Shown piece by piece: positions 19,060 through 28,068 of a DNA stretch of 64,000 bases. This stretch comes from a virus. Its lineage: Duplodnaviria > Heunggongvirae > Uroviricota > Caudoviricetes. The notes under the pieces were generated by a model. That model saw only the letters and a program-made list of their open reading frames with translations, ran no database searches and had not been told where the DNA came from. Position 1 is the first letter of the stretch. Each line of letters begins with the position of its first letter. The stretch lies in IMG/VR virus record IMGVR_UViG_3300017650_000009, one strand, 5' to 3'. A program made the position numbers and the translations under genes.

Positions 19060-19087
19060 AATGTAACAGGATTCAGGAATTTGTCAA
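19060..19087 (-). promoter_or_regulatory. sigma70-type early promoter
   Basis: TTGACA-16 nt-TACATT with TGT. Confidence 0.6.
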
Positions 19088-19407
19088 CCGAAATGAAGCT
19101 TGAAAATCATGGCATCTCGTTCTCTTTTAAAGAAAAAGAACGGCCCGAAACGATAATAACTTGTGTAACCCATGCCCGCTGAGTGTGTTGTTTTGGACAT
19201 GAACGCACTATAGTATTTGTATTCAAATTCGGGATCATCCTTTGCTTGTTCTATACACCAAGCTACATGATCAAGATTGATATCTCCCGACAAAACACGT
19301 TTTGTTGCCTTATTAGGAATACATTCGTACCAGCCCAGAAGATGCTCAGGACGTACCTTAACATCGTCTACTTCTAAAATTTTTGATCTCCCTAGTAAGC
19401 CTTTCAT
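19084..19407 (-). CDS. small protein, FKL-type module
   Basis: VAWCIE...FFFKRERDAMIFKL. Confidence 0.7.
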   Translation of the reverse strand: MKGLLGRSKILEVDDVKVRPEHLLGWYECIPNKATKRVLSGDINLDHVAWCIEQAKDDPEFEYKYYSAFMSKTTHSAGMGYTSYYRFGPFFFFKRERDAMIFKLHFG

Positions 19408-19493
19408 ATTTCATCCGATCGTTGATGCCGATGCACTAGGATAGCTTATATACTAGGATAAGTAAATATGGTAAAAGCCATTGGAGATTAAAA

Positions 19494-19889
19494 ATGTTCA
19501 CATCACTTTTTAGTAAGATTGCCGCTGTAGTCATTGTATTGCTCGCGCTCGCGTGTGGATACTTTTACTTGGATGGCAAAGCTGCATGGTCCGAGGCTAA
19601 GTCCGCACAGGTTGAACTTGCGGCGGCGGAAGCGCGTGAAGAATTGCAGAAACAAACAATCGAAAAATTGCGTAAGGATGCCGAAATTCAGGAGAAATTA
19701 CTCGATGAATATAAGCGCAATGTTGAAGAAATTCGAGATTCTGCAAACAAAGATCTCAAAGAGATTGAAGATACTGACTTCGGAAAAGAAGCAAACACAA
19801 ATGCAGCAGAACTTGAGCGAATCATTAACGAACGCACCAAACGTTTACTTGATAATATTACTCGTATAAGCCAAGAGGGAAAGAAATGA
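19494..19889 (+). CDS. inner-membrane spanin (Rz-like)
   Basis: N-terminal TM helix plus coiled coil, followed by a lipoprotein; TAAATA at 19463. Confidence 0.75.
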   Translation: MFTSLFSKIAAVVIVLLALACGYFYLDGKAAWSEAKSAQVELAAAEAREELQKQTIEKLRKDAEIQEKLLDEYKRNVEEIRDSANKDLKEIEDTDFGKEANTNAAELERIINERTKRLLDNITRISQEGKK

Positions 19890-20248
19890 AACTAGCAATC
19901 GCGCTATTGGGAATGCTTGCTATTGCTGGCTGTTCACCTACTACAAAAACCGTTTACTTGTATGAACCAAGACCTAAAGTTGTCGAACCACAAACTCAGC
20001 CGGTTCGTATGAAGCCTGTTGATTGGAAAGTCATTACAAAACCTGAACTAGAAAAGATCCTTGCAGAGTTGGAGAAGAATCCAGATCCAAACTTTGCATT
20101 GTTTGCTTTAACACCAAAGGGCTTTGAAAACCTCAGCACTAATCTTGTTGAGATTAATCGATTCATGCAGGAACAGCAACAGGTTGTCCTTTATTATCGC
20201 GGCTACACTCGTGAGACCGCCGGAAATCCTCCAGCAAAGGCAAAGTAA
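19886..20248 (+). CDS. outer-membrane spanin lipoprotein (Rz1-like)
   Basis: Signal peptide with lipobox IAGC, Pro-rich linker, ATGA overlap with i-spanin. Confidence 0.75.
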   Translation: MKLAIALLGMLAIAGCSPTTKTVYLYEPRPKVVEPQTQPVRMKPVDWKVITKPELEKILAELEKNPDPNFALFALTPKGFENLSTNLVEINRFMQEQQQVVLYYRGYTRETAGNPPAKAK

Positions 20249-21072
20249 TGAGCCATTATTTGACCCTTGGAGTGGCTGAAACTGCCACTCCAGAAGAAAT
20301 CAAAAAAGCTTTTCGTGAACTCGCCAAAAAGTATCATCCCGATGCTAATAAAGGCGATCCACAATCCGAAGCAAAGTTCAAACGTATTAATGAAGCTTAT
20401 GAGATTCTAAAGGATCCAGCAAAGCGTCAGCAATATGATATGCAACGCCAGGGTAATACTTTTCATTTCCGATCTGGTGGATTCGATCCGAATCAAGGTT
20501 TTGATCCCTTTGATATTTTCGGTTTCAACCAAGGTGGATTCAGACAGAATCAAGTTCGTAACCGTGACACTGTTGTCACATACGTCATCACACTTGAAGA
20601 AGCATTTGAGGGAAAAACTGTTGACATTAAGTTCAACACTGGTTCTGGTACAACACGCACAATTAACCTAGCCATTCCTCGTAGTATTCATAATGGAACA
20701 CGTATTCGTTATGCGGGCATGGGAGAGGATACCGTAAAGGGTGTTCCACCGGGTGATCTTTATGTTAAGATTCTAATTGAACCACACACTCAGTTCATTC
20801 GTGCACAGTTTGAAATCGTCACTACAATATATGTGGATTTCATCGATGCTATGATCGGAGTTAACAAACAAGTACCGACTATTGATGGAAAACTTATTAA
20901 TCTCAGAGTTCACGCAGGTATGAATCCCGGACAACATATTCAGGTCCCTGACCAGGGTATGTGGCGCCCAGATGGAAAACGCGGTAATATGATTGTAGAA
21001 GTGGTCATGGAACAACCCGTATTGAATAATTCACAGATAGAGCAATTATCTCGAATTAAGGACTTGAAATAA
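20248..21072 (+). CDS. dnaJ: DnaJ/CbpA-type co-chaperone
   Basis: J-domain with HPD, G/F linker, C-terminal domain, no zinc finger. Confidence 0.9.
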   Translation: MSHYLTLGVAETATPEEIKKAFRELAKKYHPDANKGDPQSEAKFKRINEAYEILKDPAKRQQYDMQRQGNTFHFRSGGFDPNQGFDPFDIFGFNQGGFRQNQVRNRDTVVTYVITLEEAFEGKTVDIKFNTGSGTTRTINLAIPRSIHNGTRIRYAGMGEDTVKGVPPGDLYVKILIEPHTQFIRAQFEIVTTIYVDFIDAMIGVNKQVPTIDGKLINLRVHAGMNPGQHIQVPDQGMWRPDGKRGNMIVEVVMEQPVLNNSQIEQLSRIKDLK

Positions 21073-21120
21073 ATCCAAAAGCCATTATGTTAGCCAGTAA
21101 CAACAGAAAGGACTAACATA

Positions 21121-21621
21121 ATGGATTTGGAATTAGTAGGTGAAAAGGACGATGTCCTACGCCAACAAGGTGCAATCTGCAGCTTCTCTAATCCCGAATA
21201 CAATCAGCAACTTTCCGAAGCAATGGTCAGTCATATGCTCAAGCATAATGGCGTGGGTCTTGCTGCCAACCAAGTGGGTATCCCAGCACGTATGTTTGTG
21301 ATGGGCGAAACCGCTTCCAACTATCGCGCCTGCTTCAATCCTGAGATTGTTGAATACTTGGGCGTCAAGCAAAAAAATGTTGAAGGATGTTTAAGTTTTC
21401 CACATCTTGCGCTTGACATTGAACGCAATTCAATTATATTGGTGCGGTATAACGATGCACTAGGCAACATCATCGAAGATGAGTTGACTGGTTTATGGGC
21501 TAGATGCTTTCAACATGAATTCGATCATATTGAGGGAATCTGTTTTGATCAACGTGTTAGTAAGTTGGCTTTGAACATAGCGCTTCGTAAGCGAGCTAAG
21601 ACACTGAAAAGGATTAAGTAA
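21121..21621 (+). CDS. def: peptide deformylase
   Basis: GVGLAANQVG, EGCLS, QHEFDHIEG. Confidence 0.95.
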   Translation: MDLELVGEKDDVLRQQGAICSFSNPEYNQQLSEAMVSHMLKHNGVGLAANQVGIPARMFVMGETASNYRACFNPEIVEYLGVKQKNVEGCLSFPHLALDIERNSIILVRYNDALGNIIEDELTGLWARCFQHEFDHIEGICFDQRVSKLALNIALRKRAKTLKRIK

Positions 21622-23954
21622 TGTCGGATAACGGAAATAACTTTGATGTAAAGCTGGTCGAAAAGGCCCTTGCAGACGCAACTCAGCTTGCAGCATCTCG
21701 CAACAATGAATATGTTACGGTCGACCATCTGGCGCTGGTTGTGCTTGAGGCTGAACCGGTTCGCGAAGCGATGAAACACCTGGGCGTTGACCTGAACGAA
21801 TTCGCTCGTGAATATGCGCCACAGTTCGAAAAGAACATGCCAGTACGTTCTCATTCTGCCGGTGAACCGCGCGGTACGAGTTCGCTGAACAAGACGATTC
21901 AGCAATGCATGAGCAACATCGCATTCTCCGGTCGTCGTATTGTTACGCTGCTGGACGTTCTGGTCGCAATTATGCAGACCGAAAACTGCTACCCAGCTTA
22001 TTACTTGAACCGCCATGGCCTGGCTGTTGAGAAGCTGAAGGAATACATCAAGGACAACAACGACGAAGCACTCGAAGGTGCAACTGGCGACGACGATGCG
22101 GGCGAAAGCGGCGGTAACCGCAAGAACATGACCATCGAAACGGCCAAGAAGATCCTGGCTAAGTTCTGCGTTAATCTGAACGAAGAAGCTTACAACGGCA
22201 AAATCGATCCACTTATCGGCCGCGAAACCGATGTTTATGATATCGTCAAGACCACTGCTCGTCGCACGAAAAACAACGTGGTGCTCATCGGTGAGCCAGG
22301 CGTTGGTAAGACGGCAATTGTCGAAGGACTTGCACGTCTCATCGTCGAAAACAAGGTGCCGGAAGTTCTGCAGGGTTCGACGATTTATTCGCTGGATGTT
22401 CCTGGTCTGGTTGCCGGCGCAAAGTTCCGCGGCGATATGGAAGAGCGCTTGAAGCAGGTTCTCACCGCGCTGGAAAAGGTCGAAAAGCCGATCCTATTCA
22501 TCGATGAAATTCACATGATCATGGGCGCCGGTGCTGCTGGTAAGTCCGAAAGCATGGACGTCGCAAATATGATGAAGCCGGCGCTGGCTCGCGGAACGCT
22601 GCGTTGCATCGGTTCAACCACGCTTGAGGAATACCGCAAGCATTTCGAGAAGGACAAGGCACTCGTTCGTCGCTTCCAGAAGCAGACCGTGGATGAGCCA
22701 TCGGTTGAGGACGCAAAGCGCATTATCGCAGGTGCGAAGTCGGTTTACGAAACGTTCCACGGTATCACATATACGGATGAGGCAATCGACCTCGCTGTTG
22801 AGCTGACTGCGCGTTATGTTACTGACCGTTTCCTTCCGGATAAAGCTTTCGACGTTATCGACGCTGCTGGTGCAACCCAGCGTGTTTCGGAACCGGACAC
22901 TCGTCAGGTCGTTATTACTGGCGAACTAATTGAACTGGAAGTCGCAAAGATCGCTAAGATCCCTGCGCGCACGGTTCAGGAAAGCGAAGCTGAAAAGCTT
23001 CAGCACCTTGAGGGCGACCTTCGCAAGGCAGTGTATGGACAAGAGGAAGCGATTGTTACGGTTTCCGACGCCGTGATTATGTCGCGCGCTGGTCTTCGCG
23101 AGCCAAACAAGCCAAGCGGGTCGTTCCTCTTCAAGGGTCCAACTGGTGTTGGTAAGACGGAAGTTGCCAAGCGTTTGGCTGAAACACTGGGCGTTCCACT
23201 GGTTCGCTATGACATGTCCGAGTACATGGAAAAGCATTCGGTTGCCAAGCTTATCGGTTCGCCTCCCGGTTACGTTGGCTATGGCGATGGTGCTGCCGGT
23301 AACGGTAAGCTGATCACCGACATTGAAAGCAATCCGCATTGTGTATTGTTGCTGGACGAACTCGAAAAGGCACATGCCGACGTGTTCAACATCCTGCTCC
23401 AGGTTCTCGATGACGGTCGTCTTACAAGCTCCGGCGGAAAGACGGTTCAGTTCGGTAACGTGATCATCATTATGACCTCGAACGTCGGTGCACGTTTTGC
23501 CAACAAGGCCTCCATCGGCTTCGGCAACACCGCCCGGAACGACGAATCCGACAAGATTCTGAAGGATACGTTTGCTCCTGAGTTCATTAACCGCTTGGAT
23601 GCAATCGTTAGCTTTAGCGCGCTGCGTCGTGAAGACGTCCTGAAGGTCGTTGATAAGTTTGTTGGTCAGCTTGCTAAGTTGGCTGCGGACAAGAACGTTA
23701 CGATCACCTACGACGCTGAAGCGAAGAACTGGCTGTGCGAGAACGGCTATGATGAAAAGATGGGCGCTCGTCCACTGGGTCGTGTGATTCAGAACAACAT
23801 CACTAAGCCGCTGTCCAAGGCCATGCTGTTTGGTGATCTGAAGGAAGGCGGAAACGTTGCTGTTAGCGTTGAAGATGGTCAGTTGAAGCTGACCTTCAGC
23901 AAGCCGGTTGCAGTGGTTGCTCCTGAGGTAGTCGAAGAGGCTGTGGAGGCCTAA
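21621..23954 (+). CDS. clpA: ATP-dependent Clp protease ATP-binding subunit
   Basis: Clp N domain, two AAA+ modules ([16 protein letters not shown]), SPPGYVG, ClpP-docking IGF loop, no M-domain. Confidence 0.9.
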   Translation: MSDNGNNFDVKLVEKALADATQLAASRNNEYVTVDHLALVVLEAEPVREAMKHLGVDLNEFAREYAPQFEKNMPVRSHSAGEPRGTSSLNKTIQQCMSNIAFSGRRIVTLLDVLVAIMQTENCYPAYYLNRHGLAVEKLKEYIKDNNDEALEGATGDDDAGESGGNRKNMTIETAKKILAKFCVNLNEEAYNGKIDPLIGRETDVYDIVKTTARRTKNNVVLIGEPGVGKTAIVEGLARLIVENKVPEVLQGSTIYSLDVPGLVAGAKFRGDMEERLKQVLTALEKVEKPILFIDEIHMIMGAGAAGKSESMDVANMMKPALARGTLRCIGSTTLEEYRKHFEKDKALVRRFQKQTVDEPSVEDAKRIIAGAKSVYETFHGITYTDEAIDLAVELTARYVTDRFLPDKAFDVIDAAGATQRVSEPDTRQVVITGELIELEVAKIAKIPARTVQESEAEKLQHLEGDLRKAVYGQEEAIVTVSDAVIMSRAGLREPNKPSGSFLFKGPTGVGKTEVAKRLAETLGVPLVRYDMSEYMEKHSVAKLIGSPPGYVGYGDGAAGNGKLITDIESNPHCVLLLDELEKAHADVFNILLQVLDDGRLTSSGGKTVQFGNVIIIMTSNVGARFANKASIGFGNTARNDESDKILKDTFAPEFINRLDAIVSFSALRREDVLKVVDKFVGQLAKLAADKNVTITYDAEAKNWLCENGYDEKMGARPLGRVIQNNITKPLSKAMLFGDLKEGGNVAVSVEDGQLKLTFSKPVAVVAPEVVEEAVEA

Positions 23955-23978
23955 AAGGCCCCGCACATAATACTTGAT

Positions 23979-24016
23979 AATCCGCTCCTGACCTAGTAAG
24001 TTAGGAGCGGATTTTT
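23979..24016 (+). terminator. intrinsic terminator
   Basis: AATCCGCTCCTGAC/GTTAGGAGCGGATT plus T-run. Confidence 0.7.
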
Positions 24017-24053
24017 GCAAGGCTCAAGATCGACTAACCCAAGGAGCCCTGCA

Positions 24054-24404
24054 ATGGACAAAACACTAACCTCTCGTTTACTCGAGAAAAAGCTGATCAA
24101 CACAAACACCGAAGTTACTGCTCGTTATAGGGGCGTAAGTGTAAGCGGTGACCCATCGGTAAGGAGTCAAGAAGTTTTCACAGTTGAAACAGTGTTGGGT
24201 GAACAATCCGATGACATTTGTTTTGCTGTTGTTAGTACCCGTGATGGTTCACGCCGAACAATCACACACAAGCAGATAATTGAAATCGACGGCATGCATC
24301 CCTCCCGTTTTGCCGCTGTTTACAATATTAAGGCTGATGGAGCCGCTGCAAATGTTGGAAAACGCCGTGGTCGTAAGCCAAAAGACAGATCTGCCCAGGC
24401 ATAA
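24054..24404 (+). CDS. hypothetical protein with AT-hook-like tail
   Basis: AAGGAG RBS; C-terminal GKRRGRKPK. Confidence 0.7.
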   Translation: MDKTLTSRLLEKKLINTNTEVTARYRGVSVSGDPSVRSQEVFTVETVLGEQSDDICFAVVSTRDGSRRTITHKQIIEIDGMHPSRFAAVYNIKADGAAANVGKRRGRKPKDRSAQA

Positions 24405-24436
24405 ATGAATACGTAAGTATTTGTTGAGGTAATATA

Positions 24437-25270
24437 ATGAAGCAATATTTAGATCTTTTACAGCATGTAATGGATAATGGTACGGATCGTGGAGATCGTA
24501 CAGGCACCGGAACACGCGGTGTATTTGGGTATCAAATGCGATTTAATCTCGCTGAAGGATTCCCGGTGATGACCACCAAGAAACTGCATTTGCGCTCGAT
24601 CATTCATGAGCTATTGTGGTTCCTCAAGGGTGATACAAACATCAAATACTTGAAGGAAAATGGCGTCTCGATTTGGGATGAATGGGCAGACGAACATGGG
24701 GACTTAGGACCCGTGTATGGTGCTCAGTGGCGATCATGGCCAAACTGGCGAGAAGTCAGTGATTTCTATGCGGAGAATACTGAATTCATTAATGAGCCAA
24801 TTGACCAGATCAAGAATCTCATTACTAGCCTCCGTGAGAACCCTAATAGCCGACGTCACATTGTTAGTGCTTGGAACCCAGCACTAGTGGATGAAATGGC
24901 ACTTCCTCCGTGTCATTGTTTGTTCCAGTTTTATGTCGCCGATGGCAAGCTGAGCTGCCAGTTGTATCAGCGTTCAGCTGATATTTTCCTGGGCGTTCCG
25001 TTTAATATCGCAAGTTACTCGTTACTCGTACTCATGCTTGCACAGGTGCTGGGCTTGGAGCCAGGTGAGTTCGTCCATACGTTGGGTGATGCTCACATTT
25101 ACTCGAATCACTTTGATCAGGTTCGTGAACAGTTATCGCGTACCCCACATGCATTACCAACGATGTGGATTAATCCAGAGGTGAAGGATCTCTTCGAGTT
25201 TAAATTTGAGGATTTCGAACTACGCAATTACACTTGTGAACCCACAATTAAGGCACCGATTGCAGTATGA
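24437..25270 (+). CDS. thyA: thymidylate synthase
   Basis: [37 protein letters not shown]. Confidence 0.97.
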   Translation: MKQYLDLLQHVMDNGTDRGDRTGTGTRGVFGYQMRFNLAEGFPVMTTKKLHLRSIIHELLWFLKGDTNIKYLKENGVSIWDEWADEHGDLGPVYGAQWRSWPNWREVSDFYAENTEFINEPIDQIKNLITSLRENPNSRRHIVSAWNPALVDEMALPPCHCLFQFYVADGKLSCQLYQRSADIFLGVPFNIASYSLLVLMLAQVLGLEPGEFVHTLGDAHIYSNHFDQVREQLSRTPHALPTMWINPEVKDLFEFKFEDFELRNYTCEPTIKAPIAV

Positions 25271-25818
25271 TTTTAGATAACCTTGCAATCATCGTTGCTA
25301 TGACACGCGACGCCGTAATAGGAAAGGATGGTAAAATGCCTTGGCATTTACCGTCCGACCTAGCTTATTTCAAACGCACTACTATGGGCTGTCCCATTGT
25401 AATGGGACGCAAAACATATGAATCAATTGGACGTCCACTGCCGGGTCGTGACAATGTTGTCATATCTCGTGATCCAAACTTTGTAGTTCCAGATGGTGTC
25501 CGAGTATTCACTGATATCGATGAAGCGCTAGAGGAAACATCAATGTTAACGAAGCTCGCTGGCGATGGTCCGTTCTTTGTTATCGGTGGTGCACAAATAT
25601 ACAAGAAAGCTATTAGACGAGCATCTTTCCTACACGTAACGCATATTTTGGGTGATATCGATGGTGATACATATTTCCCCTATGAGGAATATGTAGTGGA
25701 TGATACGCCACATAAGCATTACCCAACATTTGAAGCTATTGATAAACAATTTGTAGATCAGACCCTATCAAAGGGCGATTCACATTCAATGATCTTTACC
25801 CAATATGTGCGTGTATAA
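25267..25818 (+). CDS. folA: dihydrofolate reductase
   Basis: [38 protein letters not shown]. Confidence 0.95.
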   Translation: MILDNLAIIVAMTRDAVIGKDGKMPWHLPSDLAYFKRTTMGCPIVMGRKTYESIGRPLPGRDNVVISRDPNFVVPDGVRVFTDIDEALEETSMLTKLAGDGPFFVIGGAQIYKKAIRRASFLHVTHILGDIDGDTYFPYEEYVVDDTPHKHYPTFEAIDKQFVDQTLSKGDSHSMIFTQYVRV

Positions 25819-25848
25819 ATATCCATAGTGCAAGCTATGGAGGTCGTT

Positions 25849-26034
25849 ATGGCTACAATACATAATGAAAGCATTCTGATTGAAGTGAGCAAACTTTTTA
25901 GAGACAATGTTGAGGTGCAAAGCGTGTTGAGCGACGAGCAGCTTGCGGTTCTTAAGGAAGTAGTAGAAGCAACTGTTGCGGAATTACTCGCTGATCCCGC
26001 TCTTGTTGTGGAAGTCAATCGAATCGAAAAGTAA
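25849..26034 (+). CDS. small late hypothetical protein
   Basis: TATAAATA at 25814-25821, GGAGG RBS. Confidence 0.65.
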   Translation: MATIHNESILIEVSKLFRDNVEVQSVLSDEQLAVLKEVVEATVAELLADPALVVEVNRIEK

Positions 26035-26038
26035 TTGG

Positions 26039-26074
26039 AGGTCTCCTCTCGCATAAATATGTGAAAGGAGACCT
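26039..26074 (+). promoter_or_regulatory. late promoter inside an RBS-sequestering hairpin
   Basis: AGGTCTCCT/AGGAGACCT stem with CATAAATA at the apex. Confidence 0.7.
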
Positions 26075-26079
26075 TAACC

Positions 26080-26490
26080 ATGACTGCATCTGTTGTTCTT
26101 ATGACTCACACTGGTGACAAAAACGAAGTCATCGGCGACCCACAACACGCTGACGGTTGGTATGGGTTTTCGGATGGACGACACACCGTTTCGTTCAACG
26201 TACAAAATTTTAAGGGACGTATTTGGATCCAAGCCTCGTTGGAACTCGAACCAAAAGAATGCGATTGGTTTGATATTTGGCTCTCATGTGATCATCCCTA
26301 CCTTCAATACCCAATTAACCCTGCTAGCCCAACCGGGCAAAATGGTGGAGATTCCGGAACCCTTGCTATGACATTCCACGTGAATGCGCTTTGGGTTCGT
26401 GCGGTTTATTCTCGTGAATATCTATTGCCACCGAATCCAAATTGGGAAAACTATTACGGCGCAATTAACAAAATAGTGTTGAGTAGATAA
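26080..26490 (+). CDS. late hypothetical (probable structural) protein
   Basis: AAGGAG RBS, late promoter. Confidence 0.7.
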   Translation: MTASVVLMTHTGDKNEVIGDPQHADGWYGFSDGRHTVSFNVQNFKGRIWIQASLELEPKECDWFDIWLSCDHPYLQYPINPASPTGQNGGDSGTLAMTFHVNALWVRAVYSREYLLPPNPNWENYYGAINKIVLSR

Positions 26491-26491
26491 G

Positions 26492-26665
26492 ATGATTAGA
26501 GCAGAAAATGTAAGTGTGATGTTGCCGATTTGTCCACGTCCGGATCCTTGTCCACCGTGCCCGCCATGTCCACCAATAAAGAAAATCAACAAAGCGAGAT
26601 CGTTCTTTTTTCAAACCATGAACATCCGCACGAAACCAAAGGGAGATTGTAACGATGGCTGCTAA
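26492..26665 (+). CDS. 57-aa Cys/Pro-rich peptide (not in ORF track)
   Basis: MIRAENVSVMLPICPRPDPCPPCPPCPPIKKINKARSFFFQ...GDCNDGC fills the gap between two late genes. Confidence 0.6.
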   Translation: MIRAENVSVMLPICPRPDPCPPCPPCPPIKKINKARSFFFQTMNIRTKPKGDCNDGC

Positions 26666-26990
26666 GAAGTTTGGTGCCGTTTATATCGACGATACGATGC
26701 TCAATGCGGGTCATACTGTTGCGATTGCACCAGATGGTACCGATGCAACTGTTATCGTCAATTTCTGTAACCAGTCGGAGGGTTACGTTAATGTGAGCTT
26801 GGGCTACGCTAGTGCTACGGCTACTTCGTTGGAACCCGCTGATATGCTCATGCATAAAGTGCGTCTACGTCCGTCGGAATCCTATCAATTTGCAACGATT
26901 GCACTCGAAGCGAATCACGGCTTGTATGTGCGTTCGGATGCTCCTGGCGTATCTGTGATTGCGTATGGCTGGCTTGACACTGATGAATAA
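26655..26990 (+). CDS. small beta-rich virion-associated protein
   Basis: 111 aa, VIVNFCN and VSVIAYG patterns of small beta-sandwich phage proteins; GGGAG RBS. Confidence 0.65.
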   Translation: MAAKKFGAVYIDDTMLNAGHTVAIAPDGTDATVIVNFCNQSEGYVNVSLGYASATATSLEPADMLMHKVRLRPSESYQFATIALEANHGLYVRSDAPGVSVIAYGWLDTDE

Positions 26991-27031
26991 TATTCGTTGT
27001 TAAACTTGTATCGAGTACGAGTAAATATTTG

Positions 27032-27064
27032 GAAGGACGGAACAGAAATGTTTCCGTCCTTTCT
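27032..27064 (+). terminator. hairpin / terminator
   Basis: GAAGGACGGAACA-GAAA-TGTTTCCGTCCTT, just after TAAATA at 27022. Confidence 0.55.
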
Positions 27065-27090
27065 ACTCTTAGATCGAAAAAGGAAATATA

Positions 27091-27504
27091 ATGAAAGCTA
27101 AATTTTTTGTAACATCAATGGACCACTTCAAAACTGATGGTTACGGTTTGGGTGATAATCAGCTTAAGGTTATTTGTAAAAGTGAGAATGAAAACGGGCA
27201 TAAGGTTAGAATTAAAGCAACTTCAACTACTGTAAAGTCAAACGCAACATCTCCTGCGATATTTAATATGGATCTAATGGTTACTCCAACTATTGATATT
27301 CCGTCTCATGGGCCAATTCTTTATCAACAAAACTTTTTTTACGATTATAGCAAAACTGTCAGTTATATTGTGAAAATAGAAGCTGATCATGAAACCAAAA
27401 TTATTGAAGATATACTAGTTCCTTATGGTTATACTTTGTTGGGTCAAATCAACAATAATAATTTTAATTCGATTAACATGCTTATTGATGGTTATGAACT
27501 TTGA
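27091..27504 (+). CDS. AT-rich hypothetical protein
   Basis: AAGGA RBS, beta-rich 137 aa. Confidence 0.65.
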   Translation: MKAKFFVTSMDHFKTDGYGLGDNQLKVICKSENENGHKVRIKATSTTVKSNATSPAIFNMDLMVTPTIDIPSHGPILYQQNFFYDYSKTVSYIVKIEADHETKIIEDILVPYGYTLLGQINNNNFNSINMLIDGYEL

Positions 27505-27521
27505 AATCGAAAGGAATTAAT

Positions 27522-27929
27522 ATGACTATGATCAATTTTGGCACATTTACAAATTCTACTTTACCAAATAAGGGTGTTCTAAACAACAATACTTATTCTC
27601 CTATCTTTATTAATCTTGATTCAGATAATGGGTATATTGTTGATATTCATTATCGTTTTACCGGTACTGAATCAAATGCCGATGTTGTTTCTTTGGAGCT
27701 TGTTAATAATTTGCGTGGGTTCTTGGAAAGCTATAATCCCGATGGTACCAATCCTAGGCTTCTCTCACTTTCTACATCAAATATCAAAGAGGGCGAAACT
27801 TCTGTATTAATTGAAGATTCTTTGACAGGAATTAAGGTTCCAAAAAATACAGGCATTGTTGCTTATATTAATGGAACACAAGCAAGAGGCAATCGATTTA
27901 TTTTTAATATTATTGCTCAAAAGCTTTAA
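27522..27929 (+). CDS. AT-rich hypothetical protein
   Basis: AAGGA RBS, beta-rich. Confidence 0.65.
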   Translation: MTMINFGTFTNSTLPNKGVLNNNTYSPIFINLDSDNGYIVDIHYRFTGTESNADVVSLELVNNLRGFLESYNPDGTNPRLLSLSTSNIKEGETSVLIEDSLTGIKVPKNTGIVAYINGTQARGNRFIFNIIAQKL

Positions 27930-27940
27930 TCAATACTTTG

Positions 27941-27968
27941 AGAGGGCGGTTTCATATCGCCCTCTTTC
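27941..27968 (+). terminator. intrinsic terminator
   Basis: AGAGGGCG/CGCCCTCT plus TT. Confidence 0.6.
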
Positions 27969-28068
27969 CATGAGTTCTGAATAAGTATTGTTTAGAAAAC
28001 GTCATATCCGACTAAATATGAAGTAACTAGAAGCTGAATACTCATTCAGCGCAATTAGGAGGCAATCG

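Noticed and set aside
22926-24020. 364-aa antisense ORF
   Set aside because: Shadow of clpA; no recognisable motifs.
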